Below, one piece after another: positions 1 through 13,842 of a DNA stretch of 64,000 nt (position 1 is its first letter; the number at the start of each line of letters is the position of its first letter). A program made the position numbers and the translations under genes. Below the pieces are notes generated by a model. The model was given only the letters and a program-made list of their open reading frames with translations, did not search any database and was not told the origin of the DNA. The stretch is taken from the NCBI GenBank assembly GCA_043228905.1, contig JBHGNT010000003.1:4340001-4404000 (forward strand). The letters are read 5' to 3'. Origin of the DNA: Azolla caroliniana. Lineage: Eukaryota; Plantae; Polypodiophyta.

Positions 1-14
1 TTTGTTGAAATCAG

Positions 15-3000
15 GAAGTGATAAGTTCTTTAGAGAAACGAGCAGCTATCTATGAGCAAAAACTTCTGGAGGCAGAAAAAGATATTGAACAGAAGGCCAA
101 GACTATACAAGAGTCTGGAACCAAGTTAGAACAATTGCAGGAGGCAATGCAAAGGTCTTACCTGTGTTGCATCATTTACATAATTATAACAATTAGCCAT
201 CTCTTATGCTGTCACACTGGTGCAGATTGGAAGAGAAACTGTCAAATATGGAATCTGAGAATCAAGTCCTTAGGCAGCAAACTCTTGTTATATCACCAGC
301 TAAAGGCCTGAGCAATCGGTTCAAAAGCACAGTACTGCAGGTGAGGGACTTTGCATATTTCATTTTAAATATTAAATCATGTCGCTTTGATTTGTCTTTA
401 ATGATATTGACAAGTTGCTAATTAGAATGCCATGTTTTATCAATACAGCGGAGCTCAGAAAGTGGTTTACTTTCAAATGGTGATGTCAGAGCATCTGTAA
501 GTAATTTACCTTTTTCCTGGTCTGTAATTGAGTTGCACATTTATGTTAAGCTTGATATATTCTATGCTTCTTCATATTGAACATATAATAATCACATTGA
601 GTGAATTAGTAAGAAACGAAGATGTATATAAGCCAGACTTGAGATATGATATGGCTCCTCCATATTGTCCTACAGTTGGGTGGATGTCAGCAAGGATATC
701 GTGAGTGTAGACCTGTTTGCTATAGCATCATAGTGGGCTCCCCATACTATCCTTCACACACATTTTTCTTGCACGTTAACTCTGGGATCTAAATTCTTCG
801 TTTGTGGAGGCACTATCATACATCATGAATAGACAATTATGTTTGTACTGTGTACTGAGGTAGTTCCCCAGGGCTGATATACATGCAATAAACTTGTCGA
901 TATTCAAACATAAGTTGTATGAAACATAACTGTCTTGTTGCTTCAGTTTATTGTCTAGATAGACCCCTGCATATGTTATGCAGCCATTTTACTTTGGAAA
1001 TTTTGATAGTGATAATCTCTACTACACCAGGAATCTCCACCTGTCACCCCTGTAAAGGAGCAGCCTGAAGTAGAACGGCAGCAGAAGGTTCTTACAGCAG
1101 ATAGACAGCAGGTAATTAACATCTACCTCTTTCAAACACAATTACAACAGAATGCAGTTTTTTTGTGTGAATATGTAGGGTCACAACATTGAAGGTCATT
1201 AGTCAAGATATCAGAACCTGGTTGCGTTTTATTTTACCTTTTCTCCCCGTATTTTCAGGAAAATCTTGAAGCACTATTGAAGTGTGTCAGTCAAGATGTG
1301 GGTTTCAGTCAGGAGAGGCCTATTGCAGCATGTATTATTTACAAATGTTTACTTCAGTGGCGTTCTTTTGAAGCAGAGAGAACTAGTGTTTTTGATCGAA
1401 TTGTACAGACTATTGGGACAGCAATTGAGGTATGACTTTGAAGAGGTTCTTAGATTCAGTTATGCTTGTGCAGTACATTTACTTGTGGGGTTGGTTTTTC
1501 TACAGAGCCAGGACAATAATGATATACTTTCGTATTGGCTATCAAACACATCAATGCTTCTTTTCCTTCTCCAGCGCACTTTGAAAGCAAGTGGCACAGG
1601 AGGCTTTTCTCAGCAGAGACGCAGGACACCTTCATCTAGTCTTTTTGGGAGGATGGCTCAGGTAAATATCTCCCAGAAACCTAGTTACACTGATTTGTTG
1701 ACAAGAAGGAACTATAGATATAGAAACTGGCCTCATGCCAATACGATGTAATATCACATTGGTTTACTGACATGGGTATTTCTCAGGGCTTCCGATCCTC
1801 ACCTTCAGGGGGGCTGTCATTTGCTAATGGCGGCATTATAGGTGGGCTAGATTCATCACGGCAAGTGGAAGCAAAATATCCCGCGTTGTTGTTCAAACAG
1901 CAACTTACTGCATATGTAGAGAAGATCTATGGAATGATTCGAGATAATCTAAAGAAAGAAATAACACCTTTGCTTGCGCTTTGCATTCAGGTTTGCAGAT
2001 GTTGAACTGGTTGATAATGTCGTAAAAGTTTACTTGCTGATTTAGCAGAAGATGATTCACATACTGACATGCTAACTGTCCGTCCAGGCTCCTAGAACTT
2101 CAAGAGCAACACTAGGAAAAGCTGCTTCGAGGTCTGTGCATGCCAGCAGTGCTTCACAACAAATTCTGAGCAGTCATTGGCACAGTATTATCAAAAACCT
2201 CAGTAGCTTGCTAAGCATCATGCGTGCCAATAATGTACAAAAAAGACATATTCCAACTCTCTGTTGCCCTGAATTTTCCTTTTTTAAGATATCTGAACTT
2301 ACATTCCCAAACACATGTCTCAGGTGCCAGCATTCTTGATGAGGAAAGTTTTCACTCAGATATTTTCTTATATTAATGTTCAGCTTTTCAACAGGCATGT
2401 ACCAATACAAATTCTGTTTTTACTGCACGTTGCATTGTATAGCTCCATTTCTGCTTCCCGAGGTGATAGATTTGTTTTGTGTTCCAGTCTTTTATTGCGA
2501 AGAGAGTGCTGCTCATTCAGTAATGGGGAATATGTCAAGGCCGGTTTAGCAGAATTAGAGCAATGGGTATGCGATGCCACGGAAGAGGTAAATTGAAAAA
2601 TATGCGTTTTCAAATATTATTTTGCTATGTGAATGTCAGTTCATTGCATCCTCCATTTATTTTGCAGTATGCTGGAACATCCTGGGATGAGCTAAAACAC
2701 ATAAGGCAGGCTGTAGGATTTCTGGTAATTTTCTTAAGGCTTTTGTCTGCCAACGGTGGGTTCAGTTTTATTTAGGGAATAACTCTGAAATATACCCTAA
2801 TTTCCAAAAAACCCCTTTGAATTTTTCTAATTTCCAAAATATCCCTTGATAAATCCCCTCTCGAGCAATTAAAATTTGAGAAGTTATGCAGTCACTTCAT
2901 CTGCTTTTCATCAATTATATCAGCTTTTTGAGCAACTGTTATGGTCAGTTCATCCTCTTTTTGTTCTTTGAGGCGTTACCAAGGGCATTATGGGAAATAA

Positions 3001-3856
3001 GGCAATCTTAGGGCCGTTTATGAGATAAGGGGTTTTATGGTTTAAGTTTAAAACCCATCTACTCTTTTTAGCGTCCATATTGTACAATGCTCTGGGCATT
3101 TTGGGTGTCTACTCTCTGAATGAACTTTTATACATATCTGCCCTTGATCTATGATGAGCTTATTACATGATAATTTTTGACAGGTTATACACCAGAAGCC
3201 TAAAAAAACACTGGATGAGATAACCCGTGATCTTTGTCCTGTACGTACAAGTGTAAAACTTGCATGTCAATTTTAAGTTTTTTTTTGCAAAGTGTTATCT
3301 TATAATTGGCTGTATATGCTCATTGATGTAGGTTCTAAGCATACAACAACTTTATCGCATAAGCACTATGTATTGGGATGATAAATATGGAACCCACAGT
3401 GTTTCTTCTGAGGTGAGTGAATTTATGCAATTGAACATAACATATTCTAGTTGATGGTGTGCTTGTCTGATCATTTATGTTTAAATGAGTCTTCGGAGTC
3501 TAGAAGATGTGAGTCTTTCTCCTCTGGGCTGATTTAATGCTTGATGTGAGTTTTTCTTCCAGGTTATTGCGAATATGAAAGTTTTGATGGCAGAAGATGC
3601 AAACAATCCAATGAGCAATTCTTTTCTACTGGATGATGATTCGAGGTTGGTTTGATTTTTAAAACTTTGTTTAAAAATAGCAGTTTTGTAGGAAACAAGT
3701 CACATTATCAACACCCTTTTCTGGATTTGCAGCATTCCATTTTCTGTTGATGACATATCAAAATCCATGCCAGAGTCAGATCTATCTGATGTGGATCCTC
3801 CTGCCATTCTTCGAGAAAATCCCGGTTTCTTCTTCTTGCAACCCCAAGCAACATGA
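15..3856 (+). CDS. Class XI myosin, C-terminal part (end of coiled-coil plus globular tail/DIL domain); 5' part lies outside the window
   Basis: Exons read by eye: 15-154, 226-340, 449-496, 1031-1111, 1259-1429, 1506-1661, 1787-1990, 2088-2234, 2324-2394, 2488-2587, 2668-2724, 3184-3240, 3332-3412, 3563-3645, 3733-3856 (TGA). Myosin XI tail motifs: [117 protein letters not shown]. Confidence 0.95.
2775..3056. mobile_element. Possible degenerate Mutator-like MITE in a myosin intron
   Basis: Starts GGG and ends CCC. The left half has AAATATACCC/AAAATATCCC motifs and the right half has complementary GGGCATT/GGGGTTTT motifs. No clean TSD. Confidence 0.25.
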
Positions 3857-5541
3857 TAGATTCACCACTACAAGAATCAGACCAATCTGACACTGCAATA
3901 GATACCTGTTGCATTGTTTGCTGTAAGATGGTTGTAAAATAGCTGGAAAATGTATATATGGTCATATAGGCTCAATTATTCTTTGTGCCTCGGATTGATC
4001 TCCGATGGACAAGATCAATGGATGCTATTGGTTTCTATGTTATTGTGTTGATTTGATTGATCGGCTTTTGACAAAGATGCAAGCAGGAGCATTGGCAAGG
4101 TCATATTTAAGGATCATGTACAAATGGCGAGCCGAAAAAAGCTATATGGTTTTCTCTGAAGGCCTAGTTGGTGCTAGAAGCAAACATTTTGCATTTTGTA
4201 TATTTTGCTGGGAAAGGTATTCCAGATTACATCTGTACAGATAGATAGCCATTCCATCACTCATTGATGATACATGTGGCAGAAAAGATTTTGATCTATT
4301 TTTTATCCTCCCCAAGGTGACGCATATTCCAATAACCCAGATCTTTACTCCCATTTCTGGGCAAAGCTTTGAATTCCCATTAAAGCCTCGTTTGCCCTGT
4401 ATGCTAACTTTGGGTGGTTCTTGCTTAAAGAAACATTCTTTGCCATTCCAAGTACTCAAATTATATTATTCATGAATAAAAATTTGTTCTAATTAGTTTG
4501 CTGAATCAATTGTTTTTGCCCCTTGAATCATGTATCTTACTGTTGTGAAAAAGATAAGTTCTTTTGAGGTATGCTTGAAGAACGAATGGTATAAGGAGTA
4601 CATGCACATGGAGCCAATGCCTAGACTTGGTAATCAGTGGAATGAGTTGCATATGAGCTACATTTGTTGCAAACACTTACACACAAACTAATGGTCTGCG
4701 CTATGGGAGTCGATGCCTAAACTTGGTCGAAAGTATCATTTGTTTCATGGGGATTTGTATTGTGTGGCTTGTGCTTGAAAACATGGTTTACATTGCTAGA
4801 AACATTTGTTTCTTCCCAAAATCTGTAGGGGTACAATATCACTTGTGGGGCTCATGAAGTGGATGTCAAAAATGTTATTCTCAATGGTAGGTTGAATTAA
4901 TAAACCTCTCTTGGTAGTTTACAACTGTTTAAAGTACTGAAGTTTTTCAATCATTTCCATTCAGCAAAAACACATTAGGTAGGAGACGAATAAAGTCTTG
5001 CATTATAAGTTACATTCTAAATGGATAATCAGATCCACCATGTGCAAAGAAACTAGATGATCCAATATGCCATTCAGAAAGTGTGAATAACTTTATGAAG
5101 ACAAAATCAAGTTGCATATCCATATCATCTTTTTTAATAATGCATCAATCAAGTGTGAACGCACCAGTCAAAACTGTGGATTGATTTCTGCTTCTACAGA
5201 CTTCTGAACATAGGAAATCTTCTGTGAGGTTTTTTAGAATGCCACATGCTAGGTTAAAACCATTCTCTAAACTTTAACAAGAATAATGCAATAACGAGAT
5301 AATGAATTTGGAATCAGCCAACATTTTTCTTCAAATGGGCTGATACCTCCGGTATCTACCTCAATTCTTTCTAATATTGTTGTGGTGGAATGATGTAAGG
5401 AGAATCAATTAGTGTCTTGGCTACTAAAACGACAAATAAACAAATTAGATGTTTGTAAACATTAAATTCTTGAATCAACATGATATTCTTGCTATTCAAG
5501 AAAACTCCAAATATCGAACTTCCCTTTCTACAACTCTATGC

Positions 5542-5673
5542 GAGGTCTTTATGGATCTAATAAAAACCCAATTATTAACTCAAACAAGGTGAACTAAGGT
5601 TGGCATGTGAGGTCTTTATGGATCTAATAAAAACCCAATTATTAACTCAAACAAGGTGAACTAAGGTTGACAT
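5542..5673. repeat. Two-copy tandem duplication, 67-bp period
   Basis: GAGGTCTTTATGGATCTAATAAAAACCCAATTATTAACTCAAACAAGGTGAACTAAGGTTG occurs at 5542 and 5609. Confidence 0.9.
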
Positions 5674-6297
5674 ACATGCCGTATTGTTTTGTAAGAGACA
5701 GAGGAAAAACACATAAATCAATTCATAAAGGATAAAAGCAAAGACATGCTCGGGGGAGAATTAAGAAATCACCAATCATGTACAAGTCATTTATGGATAT
5801 TGAGGTAAAATGATATTCATATTTTCACCAAGAAAAATAACTTCATCGTGTGATGGCATACATTTTGTTAATTTGCATCTACCGAACCCTACATGGACCA
5901 CAACAACATCAACCTTCGCTTTCCCATCATGCCATTATTGAATGGGACTTCTCTCCCTTCTAATGAGATTCATAAGCCCCACGGGGAGACAAACTCATTT
6001 CTCGTGCCGTAAACCACCAACATATAAAAGCATGGCACGCATGCTTGTTCGAAGTTATTTAGTCACCGATGATTACCTGCGGAAGGTCCTTTTCTATCCC
6101 AAAAGCATCATTCAAACTTCATGACCTTCTCACTGTAATTAAAGGAAGGTGCATACATTCATGCAGTTTCTCGGAACAAGCTGTAGAGGTTTTCGATTCA
6201 TATGCCTCTTTGTCTCGGAATGGGCGATGCGGCATTCGGATGGCCTCTGTTTGAGCAATCGATACGCAACGGAACATGAAATCTTCGGAACCACTAC

Positions 6298-6357
6298 GAT
6301 GATGGTGATGGTGATGATGATGATGATGATGGAAATGGTGATGGTGATGGTGATGAA
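6298..6357. repeat. (GAT/GATGGT)n microsatellite upstream of KCR
   Basis: Read directly. It generates the spurious His-rich and Met-rich ORFs in the ORF track. Confidence 0.85.
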
Positions 6358-6471
6358 TGGCACATATCATAATAAGCTCTCTGTTTCTCCCACCTTTCAC
6401 CTACCCACCAAAACCTCTTTACTATAATGCCCAACAAAACCCTAGAAAACAGAGCAACAGAGGACCGGGCC

Positions 6472-9027
6472 ATGGTAACCTTGTCTTCCCCTTCCACACC
6501 CTCTTCCGTCCTCATCTTCGCACTCGCTGCCTTGGGCACCCTCTCATTACTGAGATCCCTGAGGGCCGCCTCCTCCTGGGTGTGGCGCCACTTCCTGAGG
6601 CCGGGGAAAACCCTAACCAACTATGGAACCTGGGCAATCGTCACGGGGTGCACGGATGGCATCGGAAGGGCATTCTCCATGGAGCTGGCGACGCAGGGGC
6701 TGAACCTGGTCTTGATCTCCAGGTCCAGGGAGAAGCTGGAGGCGATGGCGGCGGAGATCACAGCCAAGCACAGGGTGGAGGTGCAGAGCTTCGCCATGGA
6801 TTTCTTCATGGAGGCAGAGGAGGTGCTGGACTCAGGGATGGCCCGCCTCGCAGAGGCGGTGGCCGGCCTCGACATCGGGATCTTGGTGAATAATGCGGGA
6901 ATCTCTTATCCGTACGCGAGATTCTTCCACGAGGTCGATCCCGAGCTCGCGCGCCGAATGCTCCGGATCAATGTCGGGGCCGTTGTCCGCATGGTGCAGC
7001 TCGTGCTCCCGGGCATGATCAAGCGCAAGCGGGGCGCGATCCTCAACCTCGGGTCGGGCTCGGCCTCGGTCCTCCCTTCGGACCCCCTCTATGCACTCTA
7101 CGCCGGTACCAAAGGGTATACACATTACATATGTGTCTTGTGTGTGTGTGTCTCTCTCTCTCTATGCTTGTGTATGTGAATGTGAATTTCTAGTAGATGA
7201 CAGATGTATGTCTATGTATTATGTTTGTATGTGTGAATGTGAATGTGTAGTAGTATTATGTTTGTATGTGAATGTGAATTTTAATGTGTAGTAGATGACA
7301 CATGTATGTCAATGTATTTATGTTTGTGTGTGTCAATGTGAATGTGAATGTGTTGTAGATGTATGGCTATGTAATTACTTTTTGGGGTGTGTCAATGTGA
7401 ATGTGAATGTTTTGTAGGTGTATGTCTATGTATATGTTTTGTGTGTGTAAATGGAATGTGAATGTGTAGTAGATGTATGTCTATGTATATGTCTGTCTGT
7501 GTGGGTGTGACTATTGTAGATGTATGTCTATGCATATGTTTGTGTGTGTGAATGTGAATGCGTATAGACCTAGTAGATGTATGTCTTTCTCTATATATGC
7601 TTGTGTCAATGTGTATCTCTTGTAGATTTATGGCTCTCTCTCGTGGGCCAATTTTGTTCTTAGAAGACGTTAACATATCTCTCTCTCTTTCTTTCTTTCT
7701 CTCTCTCTGGATGAATGGGTAAATACCCCATTTTTGTTGTAAACCAATTGTCTCACTGGCCAATTTTGGTCTTAGAAGACGTTAATATATCTTTCTTTCT
7801 TTCTATGTGTCTATGTGTGAATGTGAATGTGTACATATGTAGTAGATGTATGTCTATATGTTTGTTTGTGAAATCGTATATATCTTGTATATATCCATCT
7901 TGTTTGTAGTAGATGTATGTTTATATATTTGCGCACGCGAATGACAATACGTGCATATCTATGTATGTAATAGATGTATGATGTGTGTATACTATGTATA
8001 TATGTACATGAATGTCTATATGTTTGTGTGTGTGCACGTGAATATGTGTTTATCTGTCTATGTAGAATATGCATGTGTGTTTATCTCCTCTATGTAGCAT
8101 ATGTATTAGAGGAATGTCTATATGTTTGTGTGTGAATGTGTATGTGTATGAAGTACATGTATGTCTATATGTTTGTGTGTGTGATTGTGCATATACTCTA
8201 GCTCCTTTTTCGTATTGGCATAATATATATATATATTATATATATATATATATGGTCGATACTCATACATTCATGTGGTATACGTCTGTCCATATGTGAA
8301 TGAATGCATGGCATATGTTTGTGTGTGTGTGTGAAGAATAAATTTTTTAGTAATGATTCGCTCGTGCTTGTTTTCCTCGCCTCACGATGCAGTTTTGTCG
8401 AAAAATTCTCAAGGAGTCTCCACTTGGAGTATAAGAAGAAGGGAATAGATGTCCAATGCCAGGTAAAAAAATAATGTTGAACATGGAGGGATTATAAAAT
8501 GCCTTTGGTCCTAGGCTCTAACATTCAAAAAGGCAAGGGCATATTCACGAATTTTACTTTGAATTTTGTTCCTTTGGTGAACATTCTCTCGCCTTCGATC
8601 TTACATTTATATTCTAGATAGAAAGGAAATTTATATATAGTTTATAAATGCTTTCCTTTGTCAAAATTTGTTTTGTCTTTTGGCTTAGGCTCCATTGCTT
8701 GTGACGACAAAGCTATCATCTATTCGGAGGCCATCCTTCTTTTCCCCGACACCGGATGCCTATGCTCGAAGTGGCATCAAATGGATCGGCTATGAACCAT
8801 TGTGTTCACCATATTGGACTCATTCACTTATATGGAAAGTAGTTGAGATAGTTCCGAGACCTTTATTTGATACGGTTCGTCTCAAGCAATCGATCGATGT
8901 GCGAAAGCGTGGGAAGGCTAAAGATGCACGAAAGAAAGACGAGTTTCAAGGTGCTTTGCGTCAACATGACAAATATGTGTTGCTTGCATCTAACAGCTCG
9001 AGGATGGAATCGGGAATTCCTTCCTAG
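6472..9027 (+). CDS. KCR1: Very-long-chain 3-oxoacyl-CoA reductase (beta-ketoacyl-CoA reductase, SDR family; KCR1/GL8-like)
   Basis: Exons 6472-7115, 8393-8462, 8689-9027. N-terminal TM segment, FLRPGK..YGTWAIVTGCTDGIG (Rossmann fold), ILVNNAGISYPYARFFHEVD, catalytic YAGTK, EYKKKGIDVQCQ, IGYEPLCSPYWTHS. ATG 6472 is preferred over 6427 because a telo-box-like AAAACCCTAG lies between them. Confidence 0.93.
7130..8335. repeat. Low-complexity TG/TA-rich degenerate repeats filling KCR intron 1
   Basis: Recurrent TGTGAATGTGAATG and GTAGATGTATGTCTATG units plus (CT)n, (TA)n and (TG)n. Confidence 0.8.
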
Positions 9028-10309
9028 GTTCATTTTTAACTCGTGTGAATCCTTTAACAAAATTGGAGACAACCCCCTTTATTTGGGATGCTCTGTTACG
9101 TTCACCGAAACAACCCTTAGCATTGTAGTAATATACGTAAAGAAATATTTATTCTCAACCACTCACTCCCCCAAAAAGATGTTGGATAGCGATAACAATA
9201 TTTAATATTGAAAGATTCATTAAAATATTACCCACTCTTTTAAGGGTGTATTCCTAGATATACAAATGTCTAACAAACTAAGACATGTCGAATTGTAATT
9301 ATACTTCTTAATTACTAGGAGTTCGATTTATAATTTACCAACAATATTTGGAAGCTTGTCTCATGAAATGTGCTCTTGTGTTTGTCTGTTTTTTATTTAT
9401 TAGAATACAAATGAGAGCTCCTCTGAAAACTACATTGATACACTTAAAATATTTACATAGTTCTACGAGCAAATCAAACGTGTACTTGTGTAAAACTACA
9501 TAGCCATTGACATGTCATAAGAGGTGTGTAGGGCCCAATGGATTTGGCAATGATTAATCCCACTCACAAATCGGTAACAAACATCTCCGTTCTACAATGT
9601 GTATATCTCATGGATCCGATTTCTTTACACCTTGATATATATTGTATCTCATGTAAAAACCGAAGAACATTTATAAGGTTTTCTCAAAAGTATTTGGTAG
9701 TACCCTAATGGAGAGCCATACTTTTGTTAAATTCTAGGAATCTCAAATAATTGTGTGAAGCCACATGAATCTCAATTAACTTATTGGTGTATGTCCATAA
9801 TGAAGGCGTTATTAAAAAAACTATCTTTGGCTTGCTTTGCAAATCAAAACACCTACACTAAGAGTAGAAGGCAACAAGCATTGTGTGAACGTTGCATGAA
9901 GAAACAAGTTTATTTAAGTTGAGAATGAATAAAAAAAGGAATATCTTGAAACGATGTAAAATTCATTGTAACAAGATGTTAGACATTAAAAAGCAATGTG
10001 AACATATTGATGAGGCAAAAACCTTGAGTTTAGACTTAGGCATGATGGTGCATCGATAAAGCATGCATTTTGCAGTCTATATTGTTGTGAGTTGAAGTCT
10101 TGGCCATGTGTTTGATGAACAAATTTTTCTTACTTTTATTTTGAAAGCATGCAACCTAGCATTCTGCAACTTAAATTCTAGAGCCTTGAGAAGAATAGGG
10201 TAAAATGGAGGCAATACCTTGACTTTAAGTAACATCAGATAATGTTCAAACACTTCACTAGCAATATCTTCTCCTAGAGGGGACGGAGTTTGGCAAAGAA
10301 TCGACAAAT

Positions 10310-10895
10310 ATAGATAGAACTATACAAGAGAATTGTATTTTTATGGATACATATAGAACCATATAAGGAAATTGTATGGTTACAAATACATATAGAACCG
10401 TATAAAGAAATTGTATTGTATGATACACATATGGAACCACACAAAGAATTTGTATTGTTACCAATACATACACAACCATATAAGGAAACTATATTGTTAT
10501 GGATACATAAAGAATTTGTACTGTAAGGAAACAATAATGTTATCCATACATATAGGGATTACATAGGGAAATTGTATTGTTATTGCATACATATAGAACC
10601 GTCTAAGGAAATTGTATTATTATCGAATACATATAGAACCATATAAGGAAATTGTATTGTTATCGAATACATATAGAACCATATAAGGAAATTGTGTTGT
10701 TATCGAATACATATAGAACCGTATAAGGAAAAAGTGTATTGTTATTGATGAATATAGAACCGTATAAGGAATTTGTGTATTGGTATACTGTATACATATA
10801 GAACCGTATAAGGAGATTGTATTGTATCGATGCATATAGAACCGTATAAGGAATTTGTATTGTTATTATGTACATATAGAACCGTGTAAGGAAAG
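10310..10895. repeat. Minisatellite, about 15 copies of a ~40-bp unit, immediately upstream of SelK
   Basis: Consensus ATACATATAGAACCGTATAAGGAAATTGTATTGTTATCGA repeated head-to-tail. Confidence 0.9.
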
Positions 10896-11020
10896 GAATA
10901 CATATCATATATGTACGTACATACGCACATATAGCCTTTGTACCGTATATACGTAGGCTATACGTATATATACTACATTCATAGCATTCTGCAGATACGG
11001 AAGACCAGAGAGACAAAGCG

Positions 11021-13711
11021 ATGGCGTATATCGAAGGAGGTCTGCTTCCTCTCCTGTCACCCCCTCCCTCTTCTATTCCTGTCTTTATTTCTTCTCGATT
11101 TCGTTTATCTAATTCGATAATTACCTCATGCTTCTGTCTCTTTCTTTCCCTCCCTCCTCGTGTAATGTTTCTCAGGAACGATCAAAGCAAAGCGATCCAT
11201 GCTTAGATTAAGCATCGTCTCAGATCTGTTCAGGAACATCTGGAATTTCATCGTTACCTTCATCATCACCATGTTCTCTGTGAGTATTCTCCTTCTTCTT
11301 TCAATGGATCCCTTGTGTGCGCTTGCTTTGAGGAAAAATTCGTTCTTTCGCTGGTATTTGAAATTTGGTAAGAGCATTTTCTTGATTCGGTAAGGATTTT
11401 CTTAACGTTGGTGTACGCGTTTTTTCCTAATCGGGCAAAGATTTATTCGAATCTGGTATTGATTTGTGAAAGAAATTTCATAAAATTTCTTTTCAATCGA
11501 GTAACTAGTAAGACCCCTGTTAATCTGCTAAGGGATTTTCTTAATCCGATAAGTAGCTTCTTTATCAGGTAAGGGGATTTTCTATAGTGATAAGGAGCTT
11601 ATTTATCTGATAAGTAGATTTTCCAAATCTGGTAAAACATGCTTCTTTATCTGATCAGACATTTCTTTACTTTCCTTAATTTAATAAGCCTTGTACAATG
11701 GTTTCTTTTTTCCTTTGCTTAGTTCATCAAACGATGTAATATGTAAGAATTTGGTCAGTGGTTGAGAATTCTGTCTTAAGTCTTGCTCAGCCTGGGTCTC
11801 CTATCTCTTTGAACTTGGTGGATTATTATGTATGGTGAGTTATTGAAGACTGACTATTATGTTAGTTAATGTATTGGGTAAGGTTTTGAAGGAAGGATTG
11901 TTATATTTGTTTATGCATTGTTAAGCTTTTGCTTTAGGATTTGAAATATTAATCAACCAGTTGATATAAGGATTGTTATATTTGTTTCTGCATTGTTAAT
12001 GTTTTGGTTGAGGATTTGAAATATTAATGAACCAGTTGATATACCTTATCCAATTTTGCTTAACTCAATAAACTTAGCTAAGCTTTTGATGGGGTTAATC
12101 TTTGGATTTTTTCTACAAACTTCGTACTTCGCTTTGTTCTGCTAGTATATTTAGAAATATAGATTAATCACATAAGGTTTTTTGTCGCCACAGATGGAGG
12201 CGGCGGATTCCTATGGAAAGAAACGATCATCAGAGAAAAGATCCTCTGGGTTTGGCGGCGGCGGCGGTGGTGGCAGTGGTGGTTCAGGAGGTGGTCCATA
12301 TGGAGGAGGTGGTCCAAGAGGTTTATCAAATATCCGTGGCATTGATCATAGTAACTCTCTCTACCTATACCTTGCATATATTGAATTTATAATTTATAAC
12401 TTATAAGGTGTTGGACTATATTGTATTTGGACCAAGAGGATTACCAAATATCCAGGACATTGATCACAGTAACTTCCGTCATGACCTAGGTTTTGCCTAT
12501 ATTTTATTTATAATTTAAAATGCACTATATTCTGTTTTCTCTTTTTGCTGTCGTTGTAAAATATGCAATATACTCATGGATGAATGACAACCCACATTCA
12601 TCTGCAGTTTTTAATCGTATAACCAATTGAATGATTCTATTTGTGGAACTGCTTCAGCTCTTCGTTTATTTCTTTTTGTGAAGTATGCCAAAACTATAGG
12701 CACTCTAAAACAAAATTGAAAAACAGTTGACATATGTACCTATTGGCACAAACGAACCAAGATTAAGCTCACAGAAACTTATTCAAAAACTCCTGAAGGA
12801 TGTTAATCATCTCTCTCTCTCTCTCTCTCTCATGTACATACATGCAGGAGAAGGTGCATAATTTATGAGGAAAGATAAGTACGAAAGTGGTTCATAACGG
12901 AGAAGATTAGGAGACGTGTTAGTTCATCTGTGCAATGTAGTAGTAGCTCTGGAAATAAGAGCTGTTGCTCTTTTCTAACTTGCTAATCATGGGCATAGTA
13001 AGAAACCTAGGCTCTTGACAAATATCTCGAAGGAATTGTTTCAAAAGCTTCAGAAACTGGAACCTATTTGTCATTCTATGATGCCTGTATAAAGCCTAAA
13101 TTTCACTACTATTGCTTTTTTCATATTCCCTTGTTTTGGTGGACCATGTCACCGAATTCCTAAGTTTGGTCTCCTGATAGTTCAAGAAGAAAACTGTACT
13201 GCAAATAATGGTTTGTTAAAGCAGATAATTCTATGTAGAACCATTTGCCTTAGGCCATTTTATGTTTTTCTTGACTTAATGCTCCTTGTCTAGTAAAAAT
13301 AGATGTTCTTGGCTTACCTATATGTTCTGTACCTTTTGATGAATGCCATAAGTCTTTTTCTCGTTTTGACAAGAGGCAATTCGCTTGATCTGTTGATAAT
13401 TGAATTAATGGAGAGATATATAGAGGGCAAGCAAGTTTTTATTGTTACCTGAGTTGGTTAAGAATGTCTCCATGGGCAATCTACTATGTTAGTGGGGATG
13501 TGAATCTGTGTCTATGTCTACGGTTGAATAAAATATACTGTGCATGACAATTGTATAGCATCCAAGGTTGGACCCTTGTAAAGAGAGGAGAGAGAAATAG
13601 ATAAAAGAATATTTTATTCTTTTCTGTTTTAGAATTTGGATAGTCATAGATTGACTGTTTTATTTATTTGCAGGTGCTCCGCCTCCTTGTGGATCATGCT
13701 GCGGTGGCTAA
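11021..13711 (+). CDS. Selenoprotein K (SelK/SelG-family) homolog, plant Cys form, 105 aa glycine-rich ER membrane protein
   Basis: Exons 11021-11039, 11176-11279, 12194-12350, 13674-13711, all with GT-AG introns. MAYIEGGTIKAKRS..RLSIVSDLFRNIWNFIVTFIITMFS (SelK-type N-terminus and TM), Gly-rich tract, C-terminal PPPCGSCCGG* with Cys in place of Sec. Confidence 0.85.
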
Positions 13712-13842
13712 AACATGCTACAATACAATTATTCACTCTCAAACATTCACTGTTGAGAGAACTAAAATATTTATTGTGTGCATCAGAACTTTTGGTATTT
13801 GTACATGTTTGCCTATGTAACAGACTTCATACCAAACAGTTT

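Noticed and set aside
6119-6427. His-rich and Met-rich ORFs upstream of KCR
   Set aside because: Products of the GAT/GGT microsatellite; no other coding signal.
10310-10895. CRISPR-like appearance of this array and those at 15299, 15895 and 46612
   Set aside because: Head-to-tail units without unique spacers, no cas genes, eukaryotic context.
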